Positions 29,603-40,120 of a stretch of 64,000 nt of DNA are shown one piece after another. The DNA lies in the IMG/VR virus record IMGVR_UViG_3300028591_000076, positions 32,001-96,000 of that record. The stretch is one strand, 5' to 3'. The number at the start of each line of letters is the position of its first letter. The stretch's first letter is position 1. The translations under genes were made by a program, and so were the position numbers. The notes beneath the pieces are model-generated. The model was not told where the DNA came from. It saw only the letters and a program-made list of their open reading frames with translations, and did not search any database. Source of the DNA: a virus (lineage: Duplodnaviria > Caudoviricetes).

Positions 29603-29923
29603 TTACGCTTGTTTACTTAAAGCTTGTGCCATTAAATCATTGCCATCTCTAAATGGAGAATTAGAGCCTAAAACGTCCTCAGAATTTGTCATTATAACTT
29701 CATTTGGATTATTTGTTTTATTTGTTTGTAATGTTCTTAATGCCATAAAACTATTCTGGAAATTTACAAAATCTGTATTTCTTTTTATATCAACTTGTTG
29801 CTGAATAAGTTTTATTTTTGTAATATCATCCATATCAGAATGTAATATAGCAAGTTCAGTTTTATATATTTCTTTTTCTTCCATCTTAGTCCTCATCAAA
29901 TTCAGGCTCTCTAGTATCTTCAC
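29603..29923 (-). CDS. Hypothetical protein (start uncertain)
   Basis: ORF; true start is probably MEEKE. Confidence 0.55.
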   Translation of the reverse strand: MKILESLNLMRTKMEEKEIYKTELAILHSDMDDITKIKLIQQQVDIKRNTDFVNFQNSFMALRTLQTNKTNNPNEVIMTNSEDVLGSNSPFRDGNDLMAQALSKQA

Positions 29924-30482
29924 AACATTTTATTTCTTTAACTTTTACTGTTTTATAATAAGAATCACTAATATCAAAACCAAATTCTCTTCGTGATCTT
30001 ATTTTTTCTAATTCCTTCATACGACTCTTAATTTCTTCTAAATTAAAATTATCTAGTAGATATCTAACCACAGAGTTTACTACATTATTTACTATAGACG
30101 TATCAGAATAGCTATTTACCCAAATAGGCTTAATTGTCCATTCTCTTTTACCATTTACATTTTTTATTTTATAATAATTCGATAAAATATGGTCTCCCTC
30201 ACGATGAGTATTCCTTAACGCGCCATAGATATTACGTCCAAAACAATTTTTCCAATTTTCATTTCTAAAGCGTATACCATCAAAAGATGGCCTAATATCT
30301 ACTATCATACCAGACATACCTACATGTACATGGTCTTCTGGCGCCCATGTTGGACTAACGGCACTACCAAAAATAAAATTTATATCTGCTTCTTTATCAG
30401 CTGTTGCTTTATTTATTAAAAAATATGCACCCTGTACTGTACTAATAATATCCTTTAATCTCTTAACTTCCTTTTTAGTCAT
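29886..30482 (-). CDS. Hypothetical protein
   Basis: 198 aa ORF in operon. Confidence 0.65.
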   Translation of the reverse strand: MTKKEVKRLKDIISTVQGAYFLINKATADKEADINFIFGSAVSPTWAPEDHVHVGMSGMIVDIRPSFDGIRFRNENWKNCFGRNIYGALRNTHREGDHILSNYYKIKNVNGKREWTIKPIWVNSYSDTSIVNNVVNSVVRYLLDNFNLEEIKSRMKELEKIRSRREFGFDISDSYYKTVKVKEIKCCEDTREPEFDED

Positions 30483-30493
30483 ATCTATATATC

Positions 30494-30844
30494 CTACCTA
30501 ATATAATAATTATATTTATAATCTAGATGATAATTATCACCAGATAAAGCAACATGTTTATCATAAATTTTTACTAAAAAACTTTTATCCCAGCCTAATA
30601 CCCTATCAAAAAATTCATTTTCGCCCTGTAAATCTTCCATTTGTATTAGAAAAAAATTTTCAATGCTATAGAGAAAAAAACCTAATAAGTCACTTTCCTT
30701 ATTATTAAAATCATTAAATAAAAATTCTGAAAATAGCTCTTTATACTTTTTATTATTTCGCTTACTAAAAATATAAATAAAAAAGCCATTAGTATCATCA
30801 TCTTTTTCTAAATTTACAATATAGCTAGACAGCTCAACAGTCAT
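30494..30844 (-). CDS. Small hypothetical protein, C-terminal YKYNYYIR
   Basis: Coupled ORF. Confidence 0.65.
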   Translation of the reverse strand: MTVELSSYIVNLEKDDDTNGFFIYIFSKRNNKKYKELFSEFLFNDFNNKESDLLGFFLYSIENFFLIQMEDLQGENEFFDRVLGWDKSFLVKIYDKHVALSGDNYHLDYKYNYYIR

Positions 30845-31113
30845 TAGTTGCTCCCATAATACATATTATATAAATTTATATCACTAGTTTCAGTTATTGT
30901 AATATCGGATATAACTATATCCTCTTCTGAAAGATGTAATTTATATACTAATAAAGTAAAGTCATAAACACCGATCGCTGTTTTAGCTGCGCCATGAGAT
31001 GCAAAAACTCTAGCATTTTGTAAATTTTCTACTAGGCATATTTCTGAGCCAGAGCCAGCTATATATTTATTACCTATTCTAACAACGCATTTTCTATCGT
31101 TTCTCTTTTTCAT
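30844..31113 (-). CDS. Small hypothetical protein, C-terminal LYNMYYGSN
   Basis: Coupled ORF. Confidence 0.65.
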   Translation of the reverse strand: MKKRNDRKCVVRIGNKYIAGSGSEICLVENLQNARVFASHGAAKTAIGVYDFTLLVYKLHLSEEDIVISDITITETSDINLYNMYYGSN

Positions 31114-31532
31114 TATATAAGTTTTCCTTTGATATCATTCGATAGTTTTTTCGCCATTTCTAAATCAAACCAAATTTCTGACTTAAAGATTTTTTTATTA
31201 TATCTAGTAAAATAATTATCCCAAATATTAAGATATATTAAATTATCTAATTCTGATAATTCCAATAATTCAGAAAAACATGTACATTTTAAGTAAACAC
31301 TATCGTTATATACGAAAGGATTATTTAAGTAATCACAAAGTTTTAAAATAGACTCTTTTCTAAGAAGAATACAATCCCATGTAGTATATTTTTTCCTATT
31401 TTTAAACTTCTTATTAATAATTGAAATACCATATAATTCGGGTGTATCATTATTATTAAAAATTGTTAAAACGCGGTCTTCAATTTCTACTTGAGTAAGT
31501 ATATTAGCTGAATTATCTACTTTCTTGAACAT
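31113..31532 (-). CDS. Hypothetical protein
   Basis: Coupled ORF. Confidence 0.65.
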   Translation of the reverse strand: MFKKVDNSANILTQVEIEDRVLTIFNNNDTPELYGISIINKKFKNRKKYTTWDCILLRKESILKLCDYLNNPFVYNDSVYLKCTCFSELLELSELDNLIYLNIWDNYFTRYNKKIFKSEIWFDLEMAKKLSNDIKGKLI

Positions 31533-31541
31533 ATAATCCTA

Positions 31542-31964
31542 TTAATAAGCCGTTGTGGACTCTACAAAAGAATAATATAAAGTATAAATAGGCTTATCTT
31601 CATCTTCATACCATACTTTATATCCATGTAAATCGCCAATGCCGTAATCTACAAAAGTTTCTTTTTTATTATCTGCTCCTCCCAAATTATCCATTATCTT
31701 AATAGCATCTATAAGTACATTTTTCTTAGTAGGTAAAATACTATCATTATTAAACTTATCAAAATTAAATTCAATAAGAACGTCTTGCCTACCATCTGGA
31801 TATTTTGGTAAAGACTTTATTAACTCTTCTTCATCATAATTTAAGTCTCTATTTTCAGCTTCAGCAGTTGCATATATATCTAAAATTGAGCTAATAGTAT
31901 AAACTCTATAATCAAAGTCTAAATTAAAAAGGTTCTGCCTAGCATTATAAATTGTACTATCCAT
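31542..31964 (-). CDS. Hypothetical protein
   Basis: ORF in operon. Confidence 0.65.
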   Translation of the reverse strand: MDSTIYNARQNLFNLDFDYRVYTISSILDIYATAEAENRDLNYDEEELIKSLPKYPDGRQDVLIEFNFDKFNNDSILPTKKNVLIDAIKIMDNLGGADNKKETFVDYGIGDLHGYKVWYEDEDKPIYTLYYSFVESTTAY

Positions 31965-31984
31965 ACTTTTTATATTTGCAAATT

Positions 31985-32506
31985 TTAAAGATAACCCAAA
32001 TATTTTATAGTATTACTAGTTGGAAAAATTTCATAAATTTTAAACATACATTCAGACCAGTCAAGAGAAACCACAAAAACATAAATACCATCTGTTACAA
32101 AATATACAGTATTACTTTGACTTATAAAATTCTTAAATTGATCATTGTTGATATAATATTCATATGTGCCTGGTGGAGTATCATTTAATATTTCTGTAAA
32201 TCCAAAATCTGATAATGCCTTTAATAAAAGCTCATCTTCATCTTCGTCATATTCTAAGTCTTTTATAACTCTTAATAGCTCATCAAATTTTGTAGACGTA
32301 TTAAAATGTATATTTAAGGGTCGTTTTTCACTATTATTAGAAGCAACTATATAAGAAAAATATTTTTTAGCATCTTCTAATTCTTTTTCTTCTTTAGAAG
32401 AAAAATCTAACAGAAAAGATACCTTTCTTCTACTAAGAAAGCTTATTAAGTAAGACGTTTCAACTAGGTCAGTAAAATATTCTAAAGTTACCATTTTATC
32501 GATCAA
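31985..32506 (-). CDS. Hypothetical protein
   Basis: ORF in operon. Confidence 0.65.
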   Translation of the reverse strand: MIDKMVTLEYFTDLVETSYLISFLSRRKVSFLLDFSSKEEKELEDAKKYFSYIVASNNSEKRPLNIHFNTSTKFDELLRVIKDLEYDEDEDELLLKALSDFGFTEILNDTPPGTYEYYINNDQFKNFISQSNTVYFVTDGIYVFVVSLDWSECMFKIYEIFPTSNTIKYLGYL

Positions 32507-32744
32507 TAATTTTATCTATTTCCGCTAAAACTCTAGAAAGACGAATGTTTTTAATAATCTTATTTTTCAAAGGTATTTCACAAAAGAAGATATTATTCTT
32601 CCAGTCTTTCTTTACAATATAATTTTCTCCCATATTCTTAAAAGCTACAGTAGTAAAATCTGTACCCTTATCCTCTGGGAGTCCGTTATATGAATAGAAA
32701 TTCCAGCCGTCAAGGCAGGTCATATTAATAACTTCACAATTCAT
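32496..32744 (-). CDS. Hypothetical protein
   Basis: ORF in operon. Confidence 0.6.
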   Translation of the reverse strand: MNCEVINMTCLDGWNFYSYNGLPEDKGTDFTTVAFKNMGENYIVKKDWKNNIFFCEIPLKNKIIKNIRLSRVLAEIDKIIDR

Positions 32745-32747
32745 AAA

Positions 32748-33929
32748 TTATATTCCAAGTCGTTTCATCTTTGCTTCTAGCAAAGCTTTTTCTCGTAGCA
32801 CTTTTTCTACTTCTATTTTATGCCACTCTTCTGCGCTATAAATAAGTGATCCTAAGCCAGACCCAAAAGCGTAATTTACATGTCCTCTATGGGATGGTAA
32901 CCATTTTTCCTTAAATATTTTATCTGCTTCTTCTTTAGACGCAGCCATAATATGAGCCTTTTTATGATGTATAGTATGCTTATTGTAGTGATTTTCATCT
33001 TCAACAATATCAAATAAATACTCTTTTACAGAAATATCTTCTTTATCAACCAAGCTTTTTATAGCGTCTTTTAATTCTGGTAGATTCTTAAATTCCTTAA
33101 GATTATCAACTTCAGTGAAATAAGCGGTATTTCTATTTAAGATACGTTTAATATAATTATTTATGTCAAACTTATACGACGTTTCTATTACGGGCTCAAT
33201 AGTATTAATTATACTATTATTATCTATAATAGTATTTATTACCCTTTTAATTGCATCACTAAATTTTCTATATGTAAAAATATCTCTATCAGGGTCACTC
33301 TTTTTTGTATGCTTTTCTCTAACTACAAAAGAAGAATATATATCCCTTTTATAATCTAGCATATATTTACCATTATAGTATGTTATGACTATATCAGTAT
33401 CATTTATAGACGATTTACAATCAAATTTAAATCTTATAGTAAAATGTCTATAATAGTAATCTTTATCAATACTATTAGCATTATTTACAGTAGAAATTAA
33501 TTTTGATAAGAAATCTGACATATCAAAATCATAATTTTCATAATTTTCAGCTTCTTCACTAAGACCATTAAATGATTTAACTACTGATTTTACAAGTTCA
33601 TAATCTTTATATAAGTATCCCTTATAAATTTTAAGGCCGCCGATAGTTTTATATTCAAGGTGTGCATTATTTCCGTCAGTACCAGAATATCCATATTCAT
33701 TTATATTAAATGCAACTCTACCTGTACGGTCCATTAATACCAATAAATGAATATAATCTGGGTCTACTTTAACCTTAGAGTCCAAATATTGTTGTCCACC
33801 TAGTGAAACGCTATTATTTGCTATAAATTTCGTAAAATCAAAATCATAATTTTCTTTTATAGTATCATATGTAGCTATATAATTTTTTAATTCATCTATA
33901 TTATAAACAGTAATATTTGAGTTCATCAA
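32748..33929 (-). CDS. Hypothetical protein
   Basis: 393 aa ORF with AGGAG RBS. Confidence 0.7.
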   Translation of the reverse strand: MMNSNITVYNIDELKNYIATYDTIKENYDFDFTKFIANNSVSLGGQQYLDSKVKVDPDYIHLLVLMDRTGRVAFNINEYGYSGTDGNNAHLEYKTIGGLKIYKGYLYKDYELVKSVVKSFNGLSEEAENYENYDFDMSDFLSKLISTVNNANSIDKDYYYRHFTIRFKFDCKSSINDTDIVITYYNGKYMLDYKRDIYSSFVVREKHTKKSDPDRDIFTYRKFSDAIKRVINTIIDNNSIINTIEPVIETSYKFDINNYIKRILNRNTAYFTEVDNLKEFKNLPELKDAIKSLVDKEDISVKEYLFDIVEDENHYNKHTIHHKKAHIMAASKEEADKIFKEKWLPSHRGHVNYAFGSGLGSLIYSAEEWHKIEVEKVLREKALLEAKMKRLGI

Positions 33930-33936
33930 ATGTCTC

Positions 33937-34287
33937 CTAGATATTTTTTAATAAATTTTTTAAGCCATCAAATCGTTTTTTCTCTTTATACTCATCTTCT
34001 TCATAGAATGTCTCGTCTGACTCATCATATACTGGTAATGCTTCAGAAAGATATCCTATTGCTTTTTCCCATGCTTCGTCTATATTATTAGCTTTATATA
34101 AAATAGGCTGACATCGAATAGTTTCATCATAGCAACTACCTTCAAAAATAAGGTCCGTTTTCATAAAAACATTAAGCTCTGGAATATATTCTACTCGTAC
34201 TCCAGCGCTTGTATCTGAGTCATCTTCATCTATTTCATAAAAGTGATTAGTATAAAATTCTTTTTTTATATCTGCTAGCTTATACAT
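33937..34287 (-). CDS. Acidic hypothetical protein, first gene of a long minus-strand operon
   Basis: TTACATATT at 34294-34302, 6 nt before the ATG. Confidence 0.7.
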   Translation of the reverse strand: MYKLADIKKEFYTNHFYEIDEDDSDTSAGVRVEYIPELNVFMKTDLIFEGSCYDETIRCQPILYKANNIDEAWEKAIGYLSEALPVYDESDETFYEEDEYKEKKRFDGLKNLLKNI

Positions 34288-34392
34288 AATTATAATATGT
34301 AATAATTACTAAAGTTTGCGTTTAGATTTTTAGATCTTTGGCTAATTAATCAGAGAAAATTAATTAATTATTTTTATAAGGAACTTTTATCT

Positions 34393-34881
34393 ATGGACTA
34401 TAAGGATGAAAAAGAGGTCTTTCATAGACCAACAACCTTATTTCAACAGAAAATAAACGATATTATGAAAAATAATCCCACTAAAGATATGATTCTTAAT
34501 CTAGTAGAACTTCAGCTTTACAAAAATGCTGGTAAAGATGAAGACAAATTAGTATATGTAGAATTATATAATTTATTAGGTATAGATAAGTTTATGGAAG
34601 TCATGGATATTTTAGCTGGAAAAACAATTAAATTCCCGCCAAAAGATGACTTTAAGGAAACTGTTGAGATAGCGTTAAGTTATTATTACAGGTACTTTAT
34701 GCACATGTCTTGGGACGAAATAAAAGAAAAAATGGGTGACCAAGATATGCCATCAGTCAAGTATGGTATAAAAGTACAGCAGCTTGAAAGATTTATGGAA
34801 TATATCGGTGATAAAATACGCGTTCGTATTGAAAAAGATATTACTAAAAAACTTGACGAAACTAAAAAGGAGGAAGAATAA
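34393..34881 (+). CDS. Mor/C-like transcription regulator
   Basis: ELYNLLGIDKFMEVMDILAGKTIKFP resembles the Mor dimerisation motif, followed by a possible HTH. Confidence 0.5.
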   Translation: MDYKDEKEVFHRPTTLFQQKINDIMKNNPTKDMILNLVELQLYKNAGKDEDKLVYVELYNLLGIDKFMEVMDILAGKTIKFPPKDDFKETVEIALSYYYRYFMHMSWDEIKEKMGDQDMPSVKYGIKVQQLERFMEYIGDKIRVRIEKDITKKLDETKKEEE

Positions 34882-35477
34882 TGGATGATAGGTCATTAGA
34901 AGAAATTATTCCTCCAGAAGGAATTCCTACAGAACAAGTAAAAGCTGAAATTATGGATTTAGAAAAGGCTAGGGAAATCTTAGCTAGGCCTACTTCAACA
35001 CCTGATGTGGCTGAAGCTAGAATTGATGATCCATTAACCAAAGTAGAAGAGTCTCTTGCAAATTATATATCAAGAAGATCAGAGATAGATATTGAGCGCA
35101 ATGACTTCTCTAAACTAATAATGCAAAAAATAGCAGATAGAATTGATAGTCTTAATACTGAGCAATTACTAACATTATTCGGTACTGATAGAGTTACAGG
35201 TACTGATATGATGTCTAAATTTATGGGACCAACTGCTCAAATTATTTCTACAAAGCAGCAAGCTAAAATTGCGGCTGAGGGAAGACGAGCAGCAGCTCTA
35301 GAAAAATCTGGTGGCGCAGGCGTTCAAATAGCAATAGGCAATGTTGGTAATAATCCAGCAGCTATGCAAGCAGCTAACCAAGATGCGCCACAAAGTGCAT
35401 TACAGGGCATGACAATGTTCTACCAGATAGCTTCAGCTATTCAAAGAATGGAAGATAAGAAAAAAGAAGAAGAATAA
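34881..35477 (+). CDS. Hypothetical helical protein
   Basis: Coupled ORF with AGGAGG RBS. Confidence 0.7.
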   Translation: MDDRSLEEIIPPEGIPTEQVKAEIMDLEKAREILARPTSTPDVAEARIDDPLTKVEESLANYISRRSEIDIERNDFSKLIMQKIADRIDSLNTEQLLTLFGTDRVTGTDMMSKFMGPTAQIISTKQQAKIAAEGRRAAALEKSGGAGVQIAIGNVGNNPAAMQAANQDAPQSALQGMTMFYQIASAIQRMEDKKKEEE

Positions 35478-35484
35478 CCTTAAT

Positions 35485-35515
35485 AATGGGATAGCAAAAG
35501 CTATCCCATTTTTTT
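35485..35515 (+). terminator. Intrinsic terminator
   Basis: aatgggatagc aaaa gctatcccatt followed by a T run. Confidence 0.85.
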
Positions 35516-35541
35516 AATTATCACCAGCTAATTAAGTTACT

Positions 35542-35823
35542 ATGGATAACTATATTAAAACATTTAACTTAAAGATGAACTTTATTATTAGTATGGTAAA
35601 TACATTTGGCGCGTATAGGGTAGATGCTAGCTGGTTTGATATTTCCGTAACTAGTGACAATAATAATATACCTAAAAAAGGCCTACATGAGTATGGTACG
35701 TCCTTTAAGATGATTTCTCTACTAGATAAATATAAACCTGAATTTAATAAAATACTAGATTCTAATAATATAATATTCGAAAAGTCAAAAAAAAGTTTTA
35801 TATTTAAACTTAACAAAATCTAA
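35542..35823 (+). CDS. Hypothetical protein
   Basis: ORF with GCTAATT upstream. Confidence 0.55.
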   Translation: MDNYIKTFNLKMNFIISMVNTFGAYRVDASWFDISVTSDNNNIPKKGLHEYGTSFKMISLLDKYKPEFNKILDSNNIIFEKSKKSFIFKLNKI

Positions 35824-35866
35824 TAAAAGTGGCAGACTAATTATATATGCTAAACGGGAGACGATT

Positions 35867-36586
35867 ATGAAAAAGATATTTAATACTATCTTGCTAGTAT
35901 TTTTATCAACTATGTTATATTCTTCTGACATATCTCAGTTCAATATAACGTCGGGTTCAGTAATAGATATAAACGGTACAGTTTTTATTCAAAAGCCAGA
36001 ACTAAATAAAAAAATTAGGCTTCTAAAAGGCACTAAAATAGAGGCAGGTGATAAGGTTTTAACAGGATTTAATGGTTTTATTACATTAAAAGTAGAAGAT
36101 GTTACGGTAGATGTTGACCCATTATCGATAATAATATTAAATTCTGCTGTTTACCATAATGGTAGATTTCGTAATATTTGGACGCTAGAAAAAGGTACAA
36201 TACATGTTGTTTTTAATTCTGCAAATTATATTAGTCCAAGACTTATCTTTAATACAACTGAAAATGCTATATTTGTTTCTGGCACAGAATTTTATTTGAA
36301 TGAAAAAGGCTTAGTAACTGTAATAAAAGGCCAAGTAGAAGTATTTTTACTAAAGGACTGGACAGAATATAAAATATTGGAAGAAACCCTTCCTGATACA
36401 TTTCAGAAAGTACATGAAGGAACAATTGGCGGAACAAAACTACCACAATATATTATTGACCCTATAAATAAAAATGATACTAATAAGATACCTGATGTAC
36501 CTTCAAAGGAAATTCCTAATATTCCTTCGCAAAATCAGCCAGCAATATTACCAAATGATGAAGAAAAATATATTTTAGAGGATTAA
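35867..36586 (+). CDS. Secreted FecR-domain protein
   Basis: Signal peptide; G.KIEAGDKVLTGFNG, LEKGTI, VSGTEF and VTVIKGQVEV. Confidence 0.8.
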   Translation: MKKIFNTILLVFLSTMLYSSDISQFNITSGSVIDINGTVFIQKPELNKKIRLLKGTKIEAGDKVLTGFNGFITLKVEDVTVDVDPLSIIILNSAVYHNGRFRNIWTLEKGTIHVVFNSANYISPRLIFNTTENAIFVSGTEFYLNEKGLVTVIKGQVEVFLLKDWTEYKILEETLPDTFQKVHEGTIGGTKLPQYIIDPINKNDTNKIPDVPSKEIPNIPSQNQPAILPNDEEKYILED

Positions 36587-36596
36587 GTGATTTAAT

Positions 36597-37487
36597 ATGA
36601 AAGCAATAGAGCTTATTACACAATCAATAAATAATGGCCATGGTGGCCTAATACTATCGATATTTATCGTAGTAACTATTCTTATTATAGCATCTTTTCT
36701 TTTTATATTAAATGCTCTAAGTAAAATTCCTCTTAAGGGCTCTAAATTTAAGTTTGGAAAGGCAGAATGGTCTAATAGTGATAATGAAAATTCTGAAAGT
36801 AAACAAGAAAATAATACTGATACGATAAGCCCAATAAATAATACAAAAACTATTGATAGCAAATTTATCTCATTTATACAAATAATTATATCAGAGTCGG
36901 TTCTAACTGGATATGAAAAATGTAAGATAAGAGCAGATTTATTTAATAATCAAATGAATAGCCTAATTGAAAGTTTTAGCTATATGGAGTCTCGTATTTT
37001 AGCAAAGTATACAGAAATCGGTGGTAAAAATTATGAAATTGCTAGAATACTATTAGACCATAGTATAAAAACAAAGATTATTGAGCCTATAAGAAAAATA
37101 TTTGTTTTAGATAGACTAGCCGAAAAAAGCCTAGATGATTTTATTGAAAGACAAAGAAGCTTATCTGATGGCGCATACATAAGTATATATCAAGATATTG
37201 AAAGACATATGGTGGGTAACTCAAATAATTATGATGAGCCACTATTAAAAGCTATAGAGTCATATAAAGAAGATTTTAGGCGAACAATAGTAAACTCATT
37301 AGAAAGCGCACATAAAACAGCAAGAAATTTCTTAGAAAATATTAATAATGAAGATAATTTATTGAATAAGCATATAAATAATTATATTAGGTCGTATCTG
37401 GCTAACAATAATATAAGCTTGCCAACAAACTGGCTGGACCCAGAGCGTAGTACACCACCAGCAGCAGATACTATCGGGGAGAAGTAA
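36597..37487 (+). CDS. Single-pass membrane protein with a large soluble helical domain
   Basis: One TM segment LILSIFIVVTILIIASFLFIL. Confidence 0.7.
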   Translation: MKAIELITQSINNGHGGLILSIFIVVTILIIASFLFILNALSKIPLKGSKFKFGKAEWSNSDNENSESKQENNTDTISPINNTKTIDSKFISFIQIIISESVLTGYEKCKIRADLFNNQMNSLIESFSYMESRILAKYTEIGGKNYEIARILLDHSIKTKIIEPIRKIFVLDRLAEKSLDDFIERQRSLSDGAYISIYQDIERHMVGNSNNYDEPLLKAIESYKEDFRRTIVNSLESAHKTARNFLENINNEDNLLNKHINNYIRSYLANNNISLPTNWLDPERSTPPAADTIGEK

Positions 37488-37488
37488 T

Positions 37489-38259
37489 ATGAATTCCAAA
37501 AACGGCCCTTTAATATTTTGCTTAATTGAACTTTTATTTTTCACAATATTCGCCGTTAGATTAACAGTAACAAGTATCATTGAGAGGCGTAAACGTAAGC
37601 ATCCCCTAATACCACAAACTGGATTCTGGTTTTATATCTTTTTTATTTTAAGTAGCATTTCTTATAGTATAGTAAGTATACTAATGATAGAATGCTATTT
37701 TAAGATAAACTCTAATATATTAGATTATTTTAAGAATTTATTATATACATCTTCATTTATATATCTTCAAATTTACTGTTATAAAACTGCCACAATTCCA
37801 GATGGTAAAAATTTCTATAAAGGAAATGTTTTAAAAAACTCAAAAAAGAATGATGAATTAGAAAAATGGATATACACATCATCAATTCTTATTACTGTGA
37901 CGCAAACATTAGCTATTGGGCTATCGCCAATATTCTTGTCGGTATCATTATTAAAGGTAGAAGTAATATCTTGGATTGCTATATTATTTTCGGTAATTAC
38001 TTTAATTAAAATTTTTAGATTTGCAAAAAGTGGTAAATTAATAATAAAAAGATGGCTTATATACGCATCATTCTCACTTTTTATTGTTCCTTTATCATTC
38101 TGTGTAAATTTATTTTCACAATTTGTTGATTTGCTCACCTATGGCGTTTTCTGGGGATTATTATTAAGAGGAATATTCATGGCCTTCAGAATATGCCAAT
38201 TATTCATAATTGCATGGTGTTCTTTATCAAATTCTGATATGAGGTTGTTATATGATTGA
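37489..38259 (+). CDS. Polytopic membrane protein (about 7 TM)
   Basis: Seven hydrophobic segments by eye. Confidence 0.75.
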   Translation: MNSKNGPLIFCLIELLFFTIFAVRLTVTSIIERRKRKHPLIPQTGFWFYIFFILSSISYSIVSILMIECYFKINSNILDYFKNLLYTSSFIYLQIYCYKTATIPDGKNFYKGNVLKNSKKNDELEKWIYTSSILITVTQTLAIGLSPIFLSVSLLKVEVISWIAILFSVITLIKIFRFAKSGKLIIKRWLIYASFSLFIVPLSFCVNLFSQFVDLLTYGVFWGLLLRGIFMAFRICQLFIIAWCSLSNSDMRLLYD

Positions 38260-39175
38260 GGGTATAGTTGCAATCGCATTCATGTTAATAGCACTGTTAG
38301 TTAGAGCGTTAAATGATGCGTATATTTATATATATGTATTTAATGCTCTAATCTCTTTAAGTATAGTATATATCCTTTTCTGTCGTGTGTTTATGTTTAC
38401 TTGCAAAGATAAGGTAGGTAAAGCTAACCATAGATATCTATTTTTATGTGTATTCTATACATTCTTAATAATTGAAGGTTTCTTAGCATTATTATTTTTC
38501 TCAGGCGAATTAGAGTGGACTTATCCAAATATTCTAAAGCCCGCACAAATCTTAATGTACTCAATTTCTATTATTATGTTTCTATATGTAAAAATAAATG
38601 ACCTTAAAAAATGTTTTATATATGGAAAAACATATCTTACATTAGAAATTATAGACTTTGTAATAATTCTTATATATTTACTATTTGATTATTTGGTTAC
38701 ACCACAAAGTATAGATAACAACCCAGCTATTATGAATGTTGCTGTATTTTTTATGATTACGTTAGCAATTATAAATAAATATAGACTATCTATGATGGAC
38801 TATTGGGAACATAAAAAAATACTTTTATTAAAAATTGATCAAAGAATAAAACATAAAAAAACAAAAACGCTAATTGATCCCAAAATAAAAGATATAAATC
38901 GAGACCAAATAATGGTAGAATGCAGATACGTTCTAGATTATGCGCCAATACGTGTAATTGAAATGAATCTACTAATAAGTCAGCTAAGAGCTGTTTTATT
39001 AAAAAATGGATTATCATTAGAAGATACAACTGAAACTATATCAGAATTTAGCTCGGTTATAATAAGAAACTTAATGAAAAGAAAATATGATTTTTATATA
39101 TTACCAAATTATATATTAAATAAATTATATAGAATAAACAAAAATAGTATAAAAGAAAGAAGACAGCTTCAGTAA
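38252..39175 (+). CDS. Polytopic membrane protein (about 6 TM) with a C-terminal soluble domain
   Basis: Six hydrophobic segments, then about 130 aa of basic tail; 8-nt overlap with the previous gene. Confidence 0.75.
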   Translation: MIEGIVAIAFMLIALLVRALNDAYIYIYVFNALISLSIVYILFCRVFMFTCKDKVGKANHRYLFLCVFYTFLIIEGFLALLFFSGELEWTYPNILKPAQILMYSISIIMFLYVKINDLKKCFIYGKTYLTLEIIDFVIILIYLLFDYLVTPQSIDNNPAIMNVAVFFMITLAIINKYRLSMMDYWEHKKILLLKIDQRIKHKKTKTLIDPKIKDINRDQIMVECRYVLDYAPIRVIEMNLLISQLRAVLLKNGLSLEDTTETISEFSSVIIRNLMKRKYDFYILPNYILNKLYRINKNSIKERRQLQ

Positions 39176-39212
39176 TTCTTCTTTACTAAATATAAATAGG
39201 AAACTATAATAT

Positions 39213-39683
39213 ATGAAGAGGGTTTTTAGTATAATATTTTTATTACTAAATTTTTCTATTTTCAATGCTTTTCCACAAGGATATAGTCCTAAAGAAGCAT
39301 TTACATATAAAGTGAAATCATGGGTAAATCCGTGCCCATCAGTAAGATATTCTTCAAAAGACTGCGTAGTATGGATATACTACAGCCCTGTATATAATCA
39401 AGCTAGAATATACTATGTTTGTAATAGATATAGATATGAAGAAAGCGATGCTAGAAATACATGGCGCGAAATAGTAGATAATATTATGAGATGCAAATAT
39501 CCAGAATTATCTACTAAAAGGTATTATAAATATAGAATAATCCCTTCACCAAGCTTTTCTCTTAAATTTGCTCATAAACTTATTGATGATAAAAATATTG
39601 GAGCGCCAGATAGTATTATTAACTTTGGTGATGAACGTGATATAGTAGCATTCTGGGAAGCAGAAGTTCAATTTAGTAATTAA
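39213..39683 (+). CDS. Secreted hypothetical protein
   Basis: Signal peptide MKRVFSIIFLLLNFSIFNA. Confidence 0.7.
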   Translation: MKRVFSIIFLLLNFSIFNAFPQGYSPKEAFTYKVKSWVNPCPSVRYSSKDCVVWIYYSPVYNQARIYYVCNRYRYEESDARNTWREIVDNIMRCKYPELSTKRYYKYRIIPSPSFSLKFAHKLIDDKNIGAPDSIINFGDERDIVAFWEAEVQFSN

Positions 39684-39711
39684 AAAATCCCAAGCATAAC
39701 CTGGGATTTTT
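39683..39711. terminator. Bidirectional intrinsic terminator
   Basis: aaaaatccca/tgggattttt hairpin. Confidence 0.75.
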
Positions 39712-39745
39712 AGAAAATTTTATAATTATTTTTAATTAAAGGCTT

Positions 39746-40087
39746 TTACTTACTTCTATATTTATTATATAAAATTTTTGCGAACTCTTCAATAAGCTCT
39801 TTTGTTTCTGGCCTTCCATCTAAGAAAGTTTTATATTCCTTCCAATTTTTTCTATCAAATTTATCATGTGAATAATGAGATAAATTTGGAAGACTTTCAT
39901 CTGCCATACAGTGATTTCTTACATAAAACACAAATTGTTCAAAATTCTGCATTTTACTAAGCCAATGTGTCTTTTGTGATATTTTACCTAGCTCGTTTCT
40001 TTTTGAGAGCCAGTTTCTACTACCACGATTAGCTTTACCTGCTTTTGACTTACCAAAAGCGATATTTTTAGAATATGACCTACTCAC
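39746..40087 (-). CDS. Small basic hypothetical protein
   Basis: GTG start after AGGAG. Confidence 0.6.
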   Translation of the reverse strand: MSRSYSKNIAFGKSKAGKANRGSRNWLSKRNELGKISQKTHWLSKMQNFEQFVFYVRNHCMADESLPNLSHYSHDKFDRKNWKEYKTFLDGRPETKELIEEFAKILYNKYRSK

Positions 40088-40120
40088 TAAGCAAATCTCC
40101 TATTATATAGGATATTAGCA

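Noticed and set aside
34881-35477. Small terminase subunit call
   Set aside because: Size and helical character fit, but it is far from terL and has no diagnostic motif.
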